A stretch of 64,000 nt of DNA from Ensifer sp. Its GTDB lineage: Bacteria; Pseudomonadota; Alphaproteobacteria; Rhizobiales; Rhizobiaceae. Below are positions 1 through 10,844 of this stretch, piece after piece (positions within the stretch are counted from its first letter, which is position 1; each line of letters starts with the position of its first letter). The DNA lies in the NCBI GenBank assembly GCA_035565055.1, contig DATMTA010000007.1, positions 19,349 to 83,348 on the forward strand. The letters run 5' to 3'. The notes below the pieces were generated by a model. The model was not told where the DNA came from, ran no database searches, and worked only from the letters and a program-made list of their open reading frames with translations. The translations under genes and the position numbers were made by a program.

Positions 1-1
1 G

Positions 2-643
2 CTGATGCGGACGATCCTGAAGCTGGTGCCGCGCAGGTCCGGGTCGATTTCGATCCTGGGTCACGATTACGATTCGCTCGACGCCAAGGAACGTGTCGAC
101 ATGGACACGCGACTGGGCGTTCTCTTCCAGCACGGCGCGCTTTTCTCGGCGCTGACGGTGAAGGAGAACATCCAGCTGCCCATGCGCGAATATCTCGACC
201 TGCCGCAGTCGATGATGGACGAATTTGCCAAGCTCAAGATCGAGCTGGTGGGGCTGGAACCCGATGCTGCCGACAAGTTCCCCTCGGAGCTTTCCGGCGG
301 CATGATCAAGCGCGCGGCGCTTGCCCGCGCACTGGCGCTCGACCCCGATCTCGTCTTTCTCGATGAGCCGACATCGGGCCTCGATCCGATCGGTGCTGCG
401 GAATTCGACGAGTTGATCGCACGGTTGCGCGATACGCTGGGCCTGACCGTCTACATGGTGACACACGACCTCGACAGTCTGTTCTCGGTCTGTGACCGTA
501 TTGCAGTCCTGGGACAGAAACGGGTTTTGGTGGAGGGCACGATCGAGGACATGCTCGCCTTCGATGACCCTTGGGTTCAGGCCTATTTCCGGGGAAAAAG
601 GGCAAGAACGATTGTGAAGCCTGCCGCAAGCGGGCATGGATGA
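2..643 (+). CDS. ABC transporter ATP-binding protein, MlaF/Ttg2A type (5' truncated by window)
   Basis: Signature LSGGMIKRAALARA, Walker B LVFLDEPTSGLDP, H-loop VTHD; Walker A lies upstream of the window; precedes an MCE gene. Confidence 0.9.
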   Translation: MMRTILKLVPRRSGSISILGHDYDSLDAKERVDMDTRLGVLFQHGALFSALTVKENIQLPMREYLDLPQSMMDEFAKLKIELVGLEPDAADKFPSELSGGMIKRAALARALALDPDLVFLDEPTSGLDPIGAAEFDELIARLRDTLGLTVYMVTHDLDSLFSVCDRIAVLGQKRVLVEGTIEDMLAFDDPWVQAYFRGKRARTIVKPAASGHG

Positions 644-678
644 AATTTGAACCGGGCGAAAGCCTGATTGGCCGGACA

Positions 679-2049
679 ATGGAAACCAAAGCGAATTACG
701 CAATCGTCGGATTTTTCACCGTGGCAGTCGTCGCCGCGGCGTTCGCGTTCGTCTTCTGGATGTCTCAATATGGGCGCCAGGGGCCGATGTCCGACCTCGT
801 CATCCGCATTCCGGGCTCGGCCAACGGCCTGTCCGTGGGCTCTGCCGTGCGCTTCAACGGCATCCAGATCGGCTCGGTGAAGTCGCTCGCCATCGATGCC
901 ACGGACCCCAATTATTCCGTCGCCTTCACGCAGGTGAATTCGGATGCGCCGATCTACGAATCGACAAAGGCGGTGCTGGGCATCCAGGGCCTGACGGGTG
1001 CGGCCTATATCGAGCTTTCCGGCGGCAAACCGGGCGGGGTAAACCTGCTGGAGGAGGCGCGAAAGACGGGCCGTGCGCCGATGCTGCTGGCCGATCAATC
1101 CAGTGTGACGAACCTTCTGGCGACGGCGGACAAGATTCTGAAGCGCGCCGATGATGCGATCAGCCAGATCCAGACCTTTGCCTCCGACGCGCGCGAGCCT
1201 TTGACCGAGACCGTCAAGAATGCCCAGACCTTCAGCAAGGCTCTGGCCGACAATGCCGACGGGGTCAATAAATTCCTGGCCAGCGTCGGCAAGCTCTCCG
1301 ACACGATCAACGGTCTTTCCGGTCGTCTCGACAGTACGCTGGCGTCCGTCGATGCGCTCATCAAGGCCGTCGATCCCAAGAAGGTCGACAGCATTCTGGC
1401 GAATGCCAACACGGTATCGGCGAACCTTGCGGAGAGCTCCGGCGAGATCAAGGTGTCGCTGGAGAAGTTCAACAAGGCCGCCGACAACATTGCGACGCTT
1501 GCCTCCTCGGCCAATCAGACCATCGAGAAGGCTGACAAGCTGATCGCCGCCATCGATCCGGCAAAGATTAGCGGCTCGGTGGATGATATTTCCAAGACCG
1601 TGGCGGATGCGCGCTCGGCGGTTGCCGATGTCAAGGCCGTGACCACCGACATCAACAATCGGCGCCAGCAGATCGATCAGGCCATCAACGACGCGACGGA
1701 GCTGGCATCGAAGCTCAACAAGGCGTCCAACCGCGTCGATGGCATTCTCGCCAAGGTCGACAACATGCTGGGCTCGGGCGATGGCTCATCCCTGATGGCG
1801 CAGGCCAAGGAAACGCTCGCCGCCTACAAGGAAGTCGCGGTGACGATCAACGCCAGGATCGGCCCGATCGCCGACAACCTTTCGCGCTTCTCGTCGCAGG
1901 GGCTGGGCGGCATTCAGGCACTGGTTGGCGACATGCGTCAGGCCGTCGACAATTTGAACCGCACGATCACCAATTTCGACAGCGATCCTCAGCGATTGCT
2001 TTTCGGCGGCGATCAGGTGAAGACTTTCGATGGGCGGACCCGTCGTTGA
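679..2049 (+). CDS. MlaD/MCE-family substrate-binding protein with long helical C-terminus
   Basis: METKANYAIVGFF N-terminal TM, MCE motif GLSVGSAVRFNGIQIGSV; ATG 679 chosen over ORF start 571. Confidence 0.88.
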   Translation: METKANYAIVGFFTVAVVAAAFAFVFWMSQYGRQGPMSDLVIRIPGSANGLSVGSAVRFNGIQIGSVKSLAIDATDPNYSVAFTQVNSDAPIYESTKAVLGIQGLTGAAYIELSGGKPGGVNLLEEARKTGRAPMLLADQSSVTNLLATADKILKRADDAISQIQTFASDAREPLTETVKNAQTFSKALADNADGVNKFLASVGKLSDTINGLSGRLDSTLASVDALIKAVDPKKVDSILANANTVSANLAESSGEIKVSLEKFNKAADNIATLASSANQTIEKADKLIAAIDPAKISGSVDDISKTVADARSAVADVKAVTTDINNRRQQIDQAINDATELASKLNKASNRVDGILAKVDNMLGSGDGSSLMAQAKETLAAYKEVAVTINARIGPIADNLSRFSSQGLGGIQALVGDMRQAVDNLNRTITNFDSDPQRLLFGGDQVKTFDGRTRR

Positions 2050-2092
2050 AGGCCTATTGCAGGCCATATGAAGGCAAGTGTGAGGTAGTGTT

Positions 2093-2698
2093 GTGCAGGC
2101 TTTGACGACGACTAACCGGGTGACCAGCTTCTCCGCAGCCTTGCTTCTGGCCGCAACCATGGGTCTTTCTTCCTGCGCGACCTCGACACCCAAGGACACG
2201 TTTGGCCTGACAGCCACACCGTCCGCCGCAGGCCCGACGCGAAAAGGCCGCCAGGTGCTGATCGCCAATCCAGTCGCGACCCAGATGCTCGACAGCCAGA
2301 ATGTCGTCGTCCATGTCTCCGGTCAGGAATATCAGTTCCTTGGCGACAGCCAGTGGTCCGACCGACTGCCAAAGCTCGTGCAGCTGAAGCTCGCCCAGGC
2401 TTTCCAGAATTCCGGAAAGGTTGGCGGTGCCGGTCTGCCGGGCGACGGACTGGCGATCGATGAACAGATCCAGACGACGATCAACACATTCGAGATTTCG
2501 GCCTCGGAAGGCATGGCGGTGGTCGATATCACGGCGCGCCTGCTCAACGACCGCAACGGGCAGGTCCGAGCCTCGAAGAATTTCCGCGCGGCGGTCCCGG
2601 TCTCCGGCTCCGGCAACAAGGCCTATATCGCCGCCATGAACTCGGCCTTCGGTCAGGTGTCCGGCGCGCTGGTCGCCTGGGCGCTCGCCACCATGTGA
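2093..2698 (+). CDS. ABC-type transport auxiliary lipoprotein (PqiC-like)
   Basis: Lipobox LSSC, SQWSDRLPKLVQ motif, follows MCE gene. Confidence 0.8.
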   Translation: MQALTTTNRVTSFSAALLLAATMGLSSCATSTPKDTFGLTATPSAAGPTRKGRQVLIANPVATQMLDSQNVVVHVSGQEYQFLGDSQWSDRLPKLVQLKLAQAFQNSGKVGGAGLPGDGLAIDEQIQTTINTFEISASEGMAVVDITARLLNDRNGQVRASKNFRAAVPVSGSGNKAYIAAMNSAFGQVSGALVAWALATM

Positions 2699-3930
2699 CG
2701 GTCTGCTTTCATCAGGTAGCGTTCAAAAATGGCGACCGTTTCGTAGACCGCCCGGTTTTCCGGAACGTTAGTGCGGATGTTGTCCTGAAAATGCTTCAGA
2801 TCCACAAGCACCTTGCGTGCCGCCGCGCTAGTATCCTTGCGGAAGCTTGAGATGACGACGCCCACGCCCTTGTCGGCAACCCAGTCCGGGTTGGGCCGTT
2901 CCTGCGGCATGGTGTTGGCGTTCTTTTCCACGATGACGGGGAGCCCCATGTGCAGCGCTTCGGCGACACTGCCCGGCCCGGGCTTGCCAATGAAGAAATC
3001 GGCCAGACGCATGTAGTCAGCGACGTTGTTGACGAAGCCGACCGGTTTACAGCCTGGTCGCCCTTCCAACGATTTCAGGAGCGGCGCATTCCGTCCGCAC
3101 ATGACGATCGATTCGATGCCGAGCCCGGTCTTGTCGAGTTGGTTCAGGATGGCGGTGGTCGCGCTGGAGGCGCCGTTGCCACCAAACATGATCAAGGCCA
3201 CCGGACCCTCGGTGGACAGCCCAAGCTGTTGCCGCGTCGGCGCATCTGCCGGCGCCGCTGAATAGAAATTGTCCTTCAGCATCATGCCCGAGACGAGGTG
3301 AATGTCCTGCGGCTTGTAGAAGCCCGTCGCCACCGCCTGCCGATAGGCGAGGTCTGTGCCGCAGATCATGATCTGGTCCTGATCTTCCATCCAGAAATGC
3401 GGCGGGCAATCGGCAAAGTCGGTGATGACCGTTGCATAGGGAACGTTCGGCAGCGCACGCCGCAGCGCGCCATAGAGAACCCAGTTGAAGTTCGGGATCA
3501 CGGAGACCACCAGATCGGGGCGAGGGGTCGCAGGATCTTTCCAGCGCTTCGCCAGCAGCGGTTCGATCTCGGTGGCATAGCGCGCGATGAAGCGTTGCAG
3601 AACCGGCAGGATTGCCCCCATGCCGGTCGTCACGCCACGTTTCAGCGCACTGTTGTATATGTCCTGCGCCTGCCAGGGCTCGATGGCGCTCAGGCTGGGC
3701 GCAACCGGGCGCAGGAGCCGCTTCAGCGAACCGGTCACACGGCGGGTGAGCTTGTAGACCGGATCGACCGGCTCAAGCAGCGCCTGCAGATCCACCGGCG
3801 TCACCTGCCAGCCGGGCCTCTCCTTCTCGATCAGCCGTGTCAAAGCCGTCATGGCATTGCGATGGCCGCCTCCGGCATCGAAGTAGAAGATCTCAAGGCG
3901 GGCGTCGGGCATTCCGGGGAGAGGGGGCAA
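2653..3930 (-). CDS. GT28 glycosyltransferase, MGDG synthase/UgtP-like (diacylglycerol glycosyltransferase-like)
   Basis: GGGHRNA N-terminal motif, TVITDF, C-terminal GFVNNVADYMRLADFFIGKPGPGSVAEA and QERPN; TTG start with GAAGG RBS (alternative ATG 3912). Confidence 0.78.
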   Translation of the reverse strand: MPPLPGMPDARLEIFYFDAGGGHRNAMTALTRLIEKERPGWQVTPVDLQALLEPVDPVYKLTRRVTGSLKRLLRPVAPSLSAIEPWQAQDIYNSALKRGVTTGMGAILPVLQRFIARYATEIEPLLAKRWKDPATPRPDLVVSVIPNFNWVLYGALRRALPNVPYATVITDFADCPPHFWMEDQDQIMICGTDLAYRQAVATGFYKPQDIHLVSGMMLKDNFYSAAPADAPTRQQLGLSTEGPVALIMFGGNGASSATTAILNQLDKTGLGIESIVMCGRNAPLLKSLEGRPGCKPVGFVNNVADYMRLADFFIGKPGPGSVAEALHMGLPVIVEKNANTMPQERPNPDWVADKGVGVVISSFRKDTSAAARKVLVDLKHFQDNIRTNVPENRAVYETVAIFERYLMKADRHMVASAQATSAPDT

Positions 3931-3997
3931 GGTGTCACCTTCTGAAGCGCTGTTTGCGCGGGAACCACCGCGACTGCGGTCACTGGCGTCGGAATAT

Positions 3998-4029
3998 TAC
4001 GATTGGAAGAAAGTTTTGTGACAATCGTA
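3998..4029. promoter_or_regulatory. Perfect 8-bp inverted repeat TACGATTG-N16-CAATCGTA overlapping a Pho-box-like element on the minus strand (TTGTCAC-AAAA-CTTTCTT, 4024-4007)
   Basis: Read directly in the divergent GT28/glyA intergenic region. Confidence 0.45.
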
Positions 4030-4144
4030 GGGCTTGGCGCGACCTTGACAGGCAGTGGCGCAATCCCGACTTGCCCTTGTGGCCCGAGGGCTTTAAGAGA
4101 CTGGCCTTCAACGATTTCCGCTGATTTACCCTAAGAGGCTGCTC

Positions 4145-5437
<1,293 letters not shown>

Positions 5438-5440
5438 TAG

Positions 5441-5478
5441 AATGGCTCCGCGCCTGATTCTGGCGCGGAGCCATTTCA
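5441..5478 (+). terminator. Intrinsic terminator-like hairpin after glyA
   Basis: AATGGCTCCGCGCC-7nt-GGCGCGGAGCCATT followed by T-rich tail. Confidence 0.75.
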
Positions 5479-5497
5479 ATTTTCGAGGAGCCGCCCT

Positions 5498-5974
5498 ATG
5501 CGATGCCCCTATTGCGGATCGCTGGACAGCCAGGTGAAGGACTCGCGTCCGGCGGAGGATTCCTCCGCCATTCGCCGTCGTCGTATCTGCCCCGATTGCG
5601 GCGGTCGTTTCACGACATTCGAGCGCGTGCAGCTGCGCGAGCTGATGGTCATCAAGAAGACCGGCCGCAAGGTTCCTTTCGACCGGGAAAAGCTGGTCCG
5701 TTCCTTTGAGATTGCACTGCGGAAGCGCCCGGTCGACCGTGACCGGATCGAGCGCGCAGTCTCCGGTATTGTCCGCCGCCTGGAAAGCTCGGGCGATACG
5801 GAAATCCACTCCGAAGAGATCGGCCTGCAGGTGCTCGAAGCGCTGAAGTCTCTCGATGACGTGGGCTTCATCCGCTATGCCTCCGTTTATCGCGATTTTA
5901 CCCATATCGAAGACTTCGCGCAGGTTCTCTCCGAGGTAAACGCCAAGATTGCCCGTGATCCCGGGGATCATTGA
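5498..5974 (+). CDS. nrdR: Transcriptional repressor NrdR
   Basis: MRCPYC zinc ribbon, [20 protein letters not shown]-cone, YIR-like FIRYASVY. Confidence 0.98.
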   Translation: MRCPYCGSLDSQVKDSRPAEDSSAIRRRRICPDCGGRFTTFERVQLRELMVIKKTGRKVPFDREKLVRSFEIALRKRPVDRDRIERAVSGIVRRLESSGDTEIHSEEIGLQVLEALKSLDDVGFIRYASVYRDFTHIEDFAQVLSEVNAKIARDPGDH

Positions 5975-5975
5975 C

Positions 5976-7076
5976 GTGGCCGCGTCATGCCATTCCGCTG
6001 ATGAGGACTTCATGGCGGAGGCAATCGCCTTGGCGGCGACGCATATCGGCCAGACCGGCACCAATCCTTCCGTCGGCTGCGTGCTCGTCCGCGACGGCGA
6101 GATCGTCGGACGCGGGGTGACCGCGAAGTCCGGCCGCCCCCACGCGGAAACGCAGGCGCTCGCCGAGGCGGGTGATAATGCGCGCGGCGCTACCGCCTAT
6201 GTCACGCTTGAACCCTGTTCCCATCATGGCAAGACACCGCCATGCGCCGACGCTCTGATAGCGGCAGGCGTATCACGCGTCGTTGTCGCCGTGACCGATC
6301 CGGATGAGCGCGTGAGCGGCAATGGCATCCGGATGCTGCGTGACGCGGGAATCGGTGTCGAAACCGGTCTGATGGAGGAGGCCGCCAGACGCGGACTTGC
6401 GGCCTATCTCATACGACAGACCGAGGGCAGGGCGCATGTCACCCTCAAGCTCGCCGTCTCGAGGGACGGGATGCTTGGCCGGCGCGGCGAGGGGCAGGTG
6501 CGCATCACCGGCCCAAGATCGCGAGAGGCGGTTCAGCATCTGCGCGCAGAAAGCGACGCCATCCTCGTCGGCATCGGAACGGCGCTTGCCGACGACCCGG
6601 AGCTGACCTGCCGCCTGCCGGGGCTCGAGGGACGCTCGCCGGTGCGGCTGGTGCTGGATCGCGCGCTGAAGCTGTCACCGTCGTCAAAATTGGTGCAGAC
6701 GGCCCGCGATGTCCCCGTCATCGCCGTTGTTACACCAGAGGTTCAGGGGCGGGACGAGGGCTGGCGCGCTCGCCGCGCAGTGCTCGAAGAGGCCGGCGTG
6801 GAGGTTGTCGAAGCGGCGGCCCTGATCGACCTGCTCCGCCTTCTTGCCTCCCGTGGGTGGAGTTCGCTGATGGTGGAGGGCGGCGCGCAGATAGCGGGCG
6901 ATTTCCTCAAGAGCGGGCTCGTTGATCGCGTCTGGCTCTTCGAGGGCCCCGTCACCATCGGAGAGCCCGGCATTGCATCGCCCATTGCGGCCGATCGCCG
7001 TCCGGACGGCTTCACGCTTGTGTCCAGCGAAACGATCGACGAGGATCGGCTGTTTGTATTCGAAAGGATGAAATGA
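5976..7076 (+). CDS. ribD: Bifunctional riboflavin deaminase/reductase (start uncertain, 5949-5976)
   Basis: NPSVGCV, HAE and TLEPCSHHGKTPPC deaminase motifs; reductase LMVEGG. Confidence 0.97.
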   Translation: MAASCHSADEDFMAEAIALAATHIGQTGTNPSVGCVLVRDGEIVGRGVTAKSGRPHAETQALAEAGDNARGATAYVTLEPCSHHGKTPPCADALIAAGVSRVVVAVTDPDERVSGNGIRMLRDAGIGVETGLMEEAARRGLAAYLIRQTEGRAHVTLKLAVSRDGMLGRRGEGQVRITGPRSREAVQHLRAESDAILVGIGTALADDPELTCRLPGLEGRSPVRLVLDRALKLSPSSKLVQTARDVPVIAVVTPEVQGRDEGWRARRAVLEEAGVEVVEAAALIDLLRLLASRGWSSLMVEGGAQIAGDFLKSGLVDRVWLFEGPVTIGEPGIASPIAADRRPDGFTLVSSETIDEDRLFVFERMK

Positions 7077-7077
7077 C

Positions 7078-7686
7078 ATGTTCACGGGTATCGTCACGGA
7101 CGTCGGCAAGGTTGAGAAGATCACGCCGCTGGCTGAGGGCCTGCGGCTGCGTGTCGCCACCGCCTATGACCCCAAGACCATAGACATTGGCGCATCCATC
7201 TCGCATTCCGGCATTTGTCTCACGGTGGTGACCTTGCCCGAGGCCGGCGCCAACGAACGCTGGTATGAGGTCGAGGCCTGGGAGGAGGCGCTTCGCCTGA
7301 CCACGATCGGCACCTGGAAGGAAGGCACGCGCGTCAACCTGGAGCGGGCGCTGAAAATCGGCGACGAACTCGGCGGCCATATCGTCTCCGGTCATGTGGA
7401 CGGCAAGGCCGAGATCGTCGCGATCGAGCCGGAAGGCGATGCCACCCGGTTCCGGCTGCGTGTGCCGGAGGAGTTTGCCCGCTTCGTCGCGCCGAAAGGC
7501 TCCGTGGCACTTGATGGCACATCGCTGACGGTCAACGCGGTCTCGGGCTGCGACTTCGACATTCTGCTGATCCGCCATACGCTTGAGGTGACGACCTGGG
7601 GCGACCGCCGGGTTGGCGATCATGTCAACTTCGAGATCGACACGATGGCGCGCTATGCGGCGCGGCTGGCAGAGTTTCGGCCTTAG
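7078..7686 (+). CDS. ribE: Riboflavin synthase alpha chain
   Basis: MFTGIV start, GICLTV, VNLERAL, GGHIVSGHVDG. Confidence 0.98.
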   Translation: MFTGIVTDVGKVEKITPLAEGLRLRVATAYDPKTIDIGASISHSGICLTVVTLPEAGANERWYEVEAWEEALRLTTIGTWKEGTRVNLERALKIGDELGGHIVSGHVDGKAEIVAIEPEGDATRFRLRVPEEFARFVAPKGSVALDGTSLTVNAVSGCDFDILLIRHTLEVTTWGDRRVGDHVNFEIDTMARYAARLAEFRP

Positions 7687-7690
7687 AACG

Positions 7691-7728
7691 AAAAATCCCT
7701 CCGCGGCTGGAGAAGCGGAGGGATCTTT
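7691..7728. terminator. Bidirectional terminator between ribE and convergent secreted-protein gene
   Basis: ATCCCTCCGC-10nt-GCGGAGGGAT with A-tract before and TTT after. Confidence 0.75.
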
Positions 7729-7760
7729 CACCCGGTTCGGCCTAGGGCCGGATCAGATGA

Positions 7761-8144
7761 TTACATCGTGTAAAGCACGAGGCTGCCATCGGCGGCCTTG
7801 GTGGCGCCGCTGATTTCCTTCACTTCGATATTCTGGGCGCTCAGCTTCTTGACCAGCATCGGATTTGCGCTGATCGAGGCATGAAGGGCCTGCAGCTGGC
7901 CGTCCGACGTTGTTTCCTGGATAAAGGCGGCCTGCTCCTTCGGCAGGGAGTTTTCATCAATGACGGAGAAGTCGGCGCCGTTGGAGGCGCGGATGGCCGC
8001 TTCCAGCGGGGAGGCGGCGGACATGTCCGATGTTGCTGCTTCCGCATGTTTCGTCATTTTTGCATTGGCCACTTCGGCGGAGCCGATGGTGGTAATCATG
8101 GCTGCGAAAGTCATTGCGCCAATAGCTGTCAGTGAATTTCTCAT
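7761..8144 (-). CDS. Small secreted hypothetical protein (~127 aa)
   Basis: MRNSLTAIGAMTFAAMITTIGSAEVANA signal-peptide-like N-terminus; GGAG RBS; no recognised domain. Confidence 0.7.
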   Translation of the reverse strand: MRNSLTAIGAMTFAAMITTIGSAEVANAKMTKHAEAATSDMSAASPLEAAIRASNGADFSVIDENSLPKEQAAFIQETTSDGQLQALHASISANPMLVKKLSAQNIEVKEISGATKAADGSLVLYTM

Positions 8145-8574
8145 GGGATTTCTCCGTCCATAACACGTGGGACATCTGCAAATCGGCAAATGCTTTAGAC
8201 ATCGCGCTACGCCTCACCATGAGGCGCATGTGTGACACGCTGTCTCCCGGAAAGGCTGCCGCGAGGGCCGTGCAACAACCTTTCATGTCTTAGAAGCTAA
8301 GGCTGCCGTAGTTTTTGGGCAACTTAAATGATTGTAATAACATGATGATATTCTTAAATTAATTTCATGAGCTTCGACAAAGTTCCGCCCATTTTTGCGA
8401 GTGCGGCCTGTATCGTGCCTCCGACAGAACAATGACCCGCCAGGCCCGCTGCAAGCTCGCGCAGACTGCCGCGCGCCAGCCGGGCGGCAAAATTACCGAA
8501 TTTGCTTGCCAAGAGAGACGGAGCATGGTTTGACCGGCCTCAATTCACCAGATTTTCAAAGATTGGACAGTCCC

Positions 8575-9030
8575 ATGACCGAGGACCTCACGCCTCATCT
8601 TCTCATTGTCGAGGCTCGCTTTTACGACGATCTCTCCGATGCGCTTCTCGAAGGTGCGACCTCTGCGCTCAAGGAAGCCGGAGCGACCTACGATGTCATC
8701 ACGGTTCCCGGCGCCCTGGAAATTCCGGCTGCCATTGCGATGGCGCTTGACGGTGGTGACACGGGCGGCGTCGTGTACGACGGTTTCGTGGCGCTCGGCA
8801 TGGTCATCCGCGGCGAGACCTATCATTTCGACATCGTGTCGAACGAATCCTCGCGCGCACTGATGGACCTCGCCGTCAGCGAATCGCTGTCGATCGGCAA
8901 CGGCATCCTGACTGTCGAAAACGAAGCGCAGGCCTGGGCCCGCGCCCGTAAGACCGAACTCGACAAGGGCGGCTTCGCTGCCCGCGCGGCGCTGACGATG
9001 ATCGCGCTGAAGGAAAAGTTCGGCGGCTGA
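8575..9030 (+). CDS. ribH: 6,7-dimethyl-8-ribityllumazine synthase
   Basis: [37 protein letters not shown]. Confidence 0.98.
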   Translation: MTEDLTPHLLIVEARFYDDLSDALLEGATSALKEAGATYDVITVPGALEIPAAIAMALDGGDTGGVVYDGFVALGMVIRGETYHFDIVSNESSRALMDLAVSESLSIGNGILTVENEAQAWARARKTELDKGGFAARAALTMIALKEKFGG

Positions 9031-9032
9031 TC

Positions 9033-9506
9033 ATGACGAACGACACTTCTGCAAAAACCGTGAAGCCGGCCAATCAGCGTGGCGCCGCCCGTCTCGCCGC
9101 CGTCCAGGCACTCTATCAAATGGATGTCGGCGGGTCCGGCGTGCTGGAAGTCGTCTCCGAATACGAGACATACCGGCTCGGCCAGGAAATCGACGGTGAC
9201 CAGTATCTCAAGGCCGACCCGTCCTGGTTTCGTTCGATCGTCTCGGGTGTCGTGCGCGATCAGCTGAAGCTCGATCCGATGATCACCAAGGCCCTGCAGG
9301 AGGGCTGGACACTGTCGCGGCTGGACAGCACGGTACGCGCAATCCTTCGCTCCGGCACCTTCGAGTTGATCGAGCGCAAGGACGTGCCCATTGCCGTCAT
9401 TGTCAATGAATATGTCGAGATCGCACAGGCCTTCTTCGAGGAAGAAGAACCGCGCCTTGTAAACGCTGTCCTTGACCGGATCGCCAAGCAGGTCAGGCCC
9501 GCCTGA
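9033..9506 (+). CDS. nusB: Transcription antitermination factor NusB
   Basis: [28 protein letters not shown]; follows ribH. Confidence 0.97.
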   Translation: MTNDTSAKTVKPANQRGAARLAAVQALYQMDVGGSGVLEVVSEYETYRLGQEIDGDQYLKADPSWFRSIVSGVVRDQLKLDPMITKALQEGWTLSRLDSTVRAILRSGTFELIERKDVPIAVIVNEYVEIAQAFFEEEEPRLVNAVLDRIAKQVRPA

Positions 9507-9584
9507 GCCGGTAGGTTGGGGGAGGCGGGAGCCGGGTTTACGGTCTGCGCGAGCGGAAAACTGAAAGACCGGAAGAGGGACCGC

Positions 9585-10844
9585 ATGGACGCTGCTGTTG
9601 GCAATCTGGATCAGGCGCTGAAGAACGCCAGGCGCAATGTGGCGATCCTTGCAACGGCGCAGGCGATCCAGGGTGCCGTCGCTCCGATCTCGATCTCTCT
9701 TGCGTCTCTTGCCGGCTACCAGCTGCTGCTGGCCGACAAGTCTCTGGCGACCGCCCCGGCCACCGGCTTCAATGTCGGCACCGCCGTGGGCGCCGCCCTC
9801 ATTGCCATCGTGACACGCTATGTGGGGCGCAAGCAGGCATTTCTCCTCGGGGGCCTGATCGCTTCCGGTGGCGCACTGCTTGCCGCGACGGCGCTCATCA
9901 AGGGGAGCTTCTGGCTGTTCGCCGCGTCCCTCCTGTTGCTGGGCACGTCATCCGGTTTCGTCCAGAAATTCCGGTTCGCCGCCGCCGATGCATCGCCATC
10001 GTTCTACAAGGCCAAGGCGATATCCTGGATCCTGGTCGGCGGCATCGTTTCGGCGGTGATCGGTCCGCAGATCGCCATCTGGCTGCGCGACAGCCTTCCC
10101 GGCATTCCCTTCGCAGGCGCCTTCCTTGCGATCATCCCGCTGGCGCTGACGAGCATTGCGATCCTGACGATGCTGAGACTTCCGAACGCGCGTGAAAAAC
10201 ACTTGGCAGACGGGCCGGCGAGGCCGCTCCTTCAGATCATCGGGACGCAACGCTTCATCACCGGCATGGCTTGCGGCATCGGCTCCTATGCCTTGATGAC
10301 CTTCATGATGACAGGCGCGCCGCTTGCCATGGTCGTAGGCTGCGGCTATTCGCCGGAGGTCTCCACCCTGGGCATACAGTGGCATGTGCTCGCCATGTTC
10401 GGCCCGAGCTTCTTCACCGGCCATCTCATAAGCCGCTTCGGCGTCGAGAAGGTCGTCGCTACCGGTCTTGTCATCCTCATGGGCTGCGCCGTTGTCGCTG
10501 TTCTGGGCACCGCGATCTGGAATTTCTGGGGCGCGCTGATCCTGCTCGGCATCGGGTGGAACTTTGGCTTCATCGGGTCCACCGCCATCGTCGCCTCCAG
10601 CTATCGGCCGGAAGAGGCCGACAAGGTTCAGGGCTTCCACGACATCTTTCTGTTCACGGTCGTGGCGCTCGCCTCGCTGTCCTCCGGCAAGGTGTTCAAC
10701 AGCCAGGGCTGGAATGTCATGGCCTACACGATCTGGCCCGTGTGCCTGATCTGCCTTTTCGCCCTCGCCATGCTGATGCGGAAGGCGCCCAAGAACCCGC
10801 CGTCCGCGACCAAGACCGTGCAAGCGCCTTTCCATCAGGACTGA
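9585..10844 (+). CDS. MFS transporter
   Basis: ~12 hydrophobic segments, RFAAAD motif, QWHVLAMFGPSFFTG. Confidence 0.9.
   Translation: MDAAVGNLDQALKNARRNVAILATAQAIQGAVAPISISLASLAGYQLLLADKSLATAPATGFNVGTAVGAALIAIVTRYVGRKQAFLLGGLIASGGALLAATALIKGSFWLFAASLLLLGTSSGFVQKFRFAAADASPSFYKAKAISWILVGGIVSAVIGPQIAIWLRDSLPGIPFAGAFLAIIPLALTSIAILTMLRLPNAREKHLADGPARPLLQIIGTQRFITGMACGIGSYALMTFMMTGAPLAMVVGCGYSPEVSTLGIQWHVLAMFGPSFFTGHLISRFGVEKVVATGLVILMGCAVVAVLGTAIWNFWGALILLGIGWNFGFIGSTAIVASSYRPEEADKVQGFHDIFLFTVVALASLSSGKVFNSQGWNVMAYTIWPVCLICLFALAMLMRKAPKNPPSATKTVQAPFHQD

Noticed and set aside
3961-4144. Possible ZTP (pfl) riboswitch before glyA (AACCACCG, GGTCACTGGCG)
   Set aside because: Elements are in the wrong order, the 3' CGCCTGGGC pseudoknot partner is missing, and they lie upstream of the likely -35
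8190-8574. Possible FMN riboswitch before ribH
   Set aside because: No RFN core (AGGGCGGGGTGAAATTCCC, AGTCCGGATG) seen
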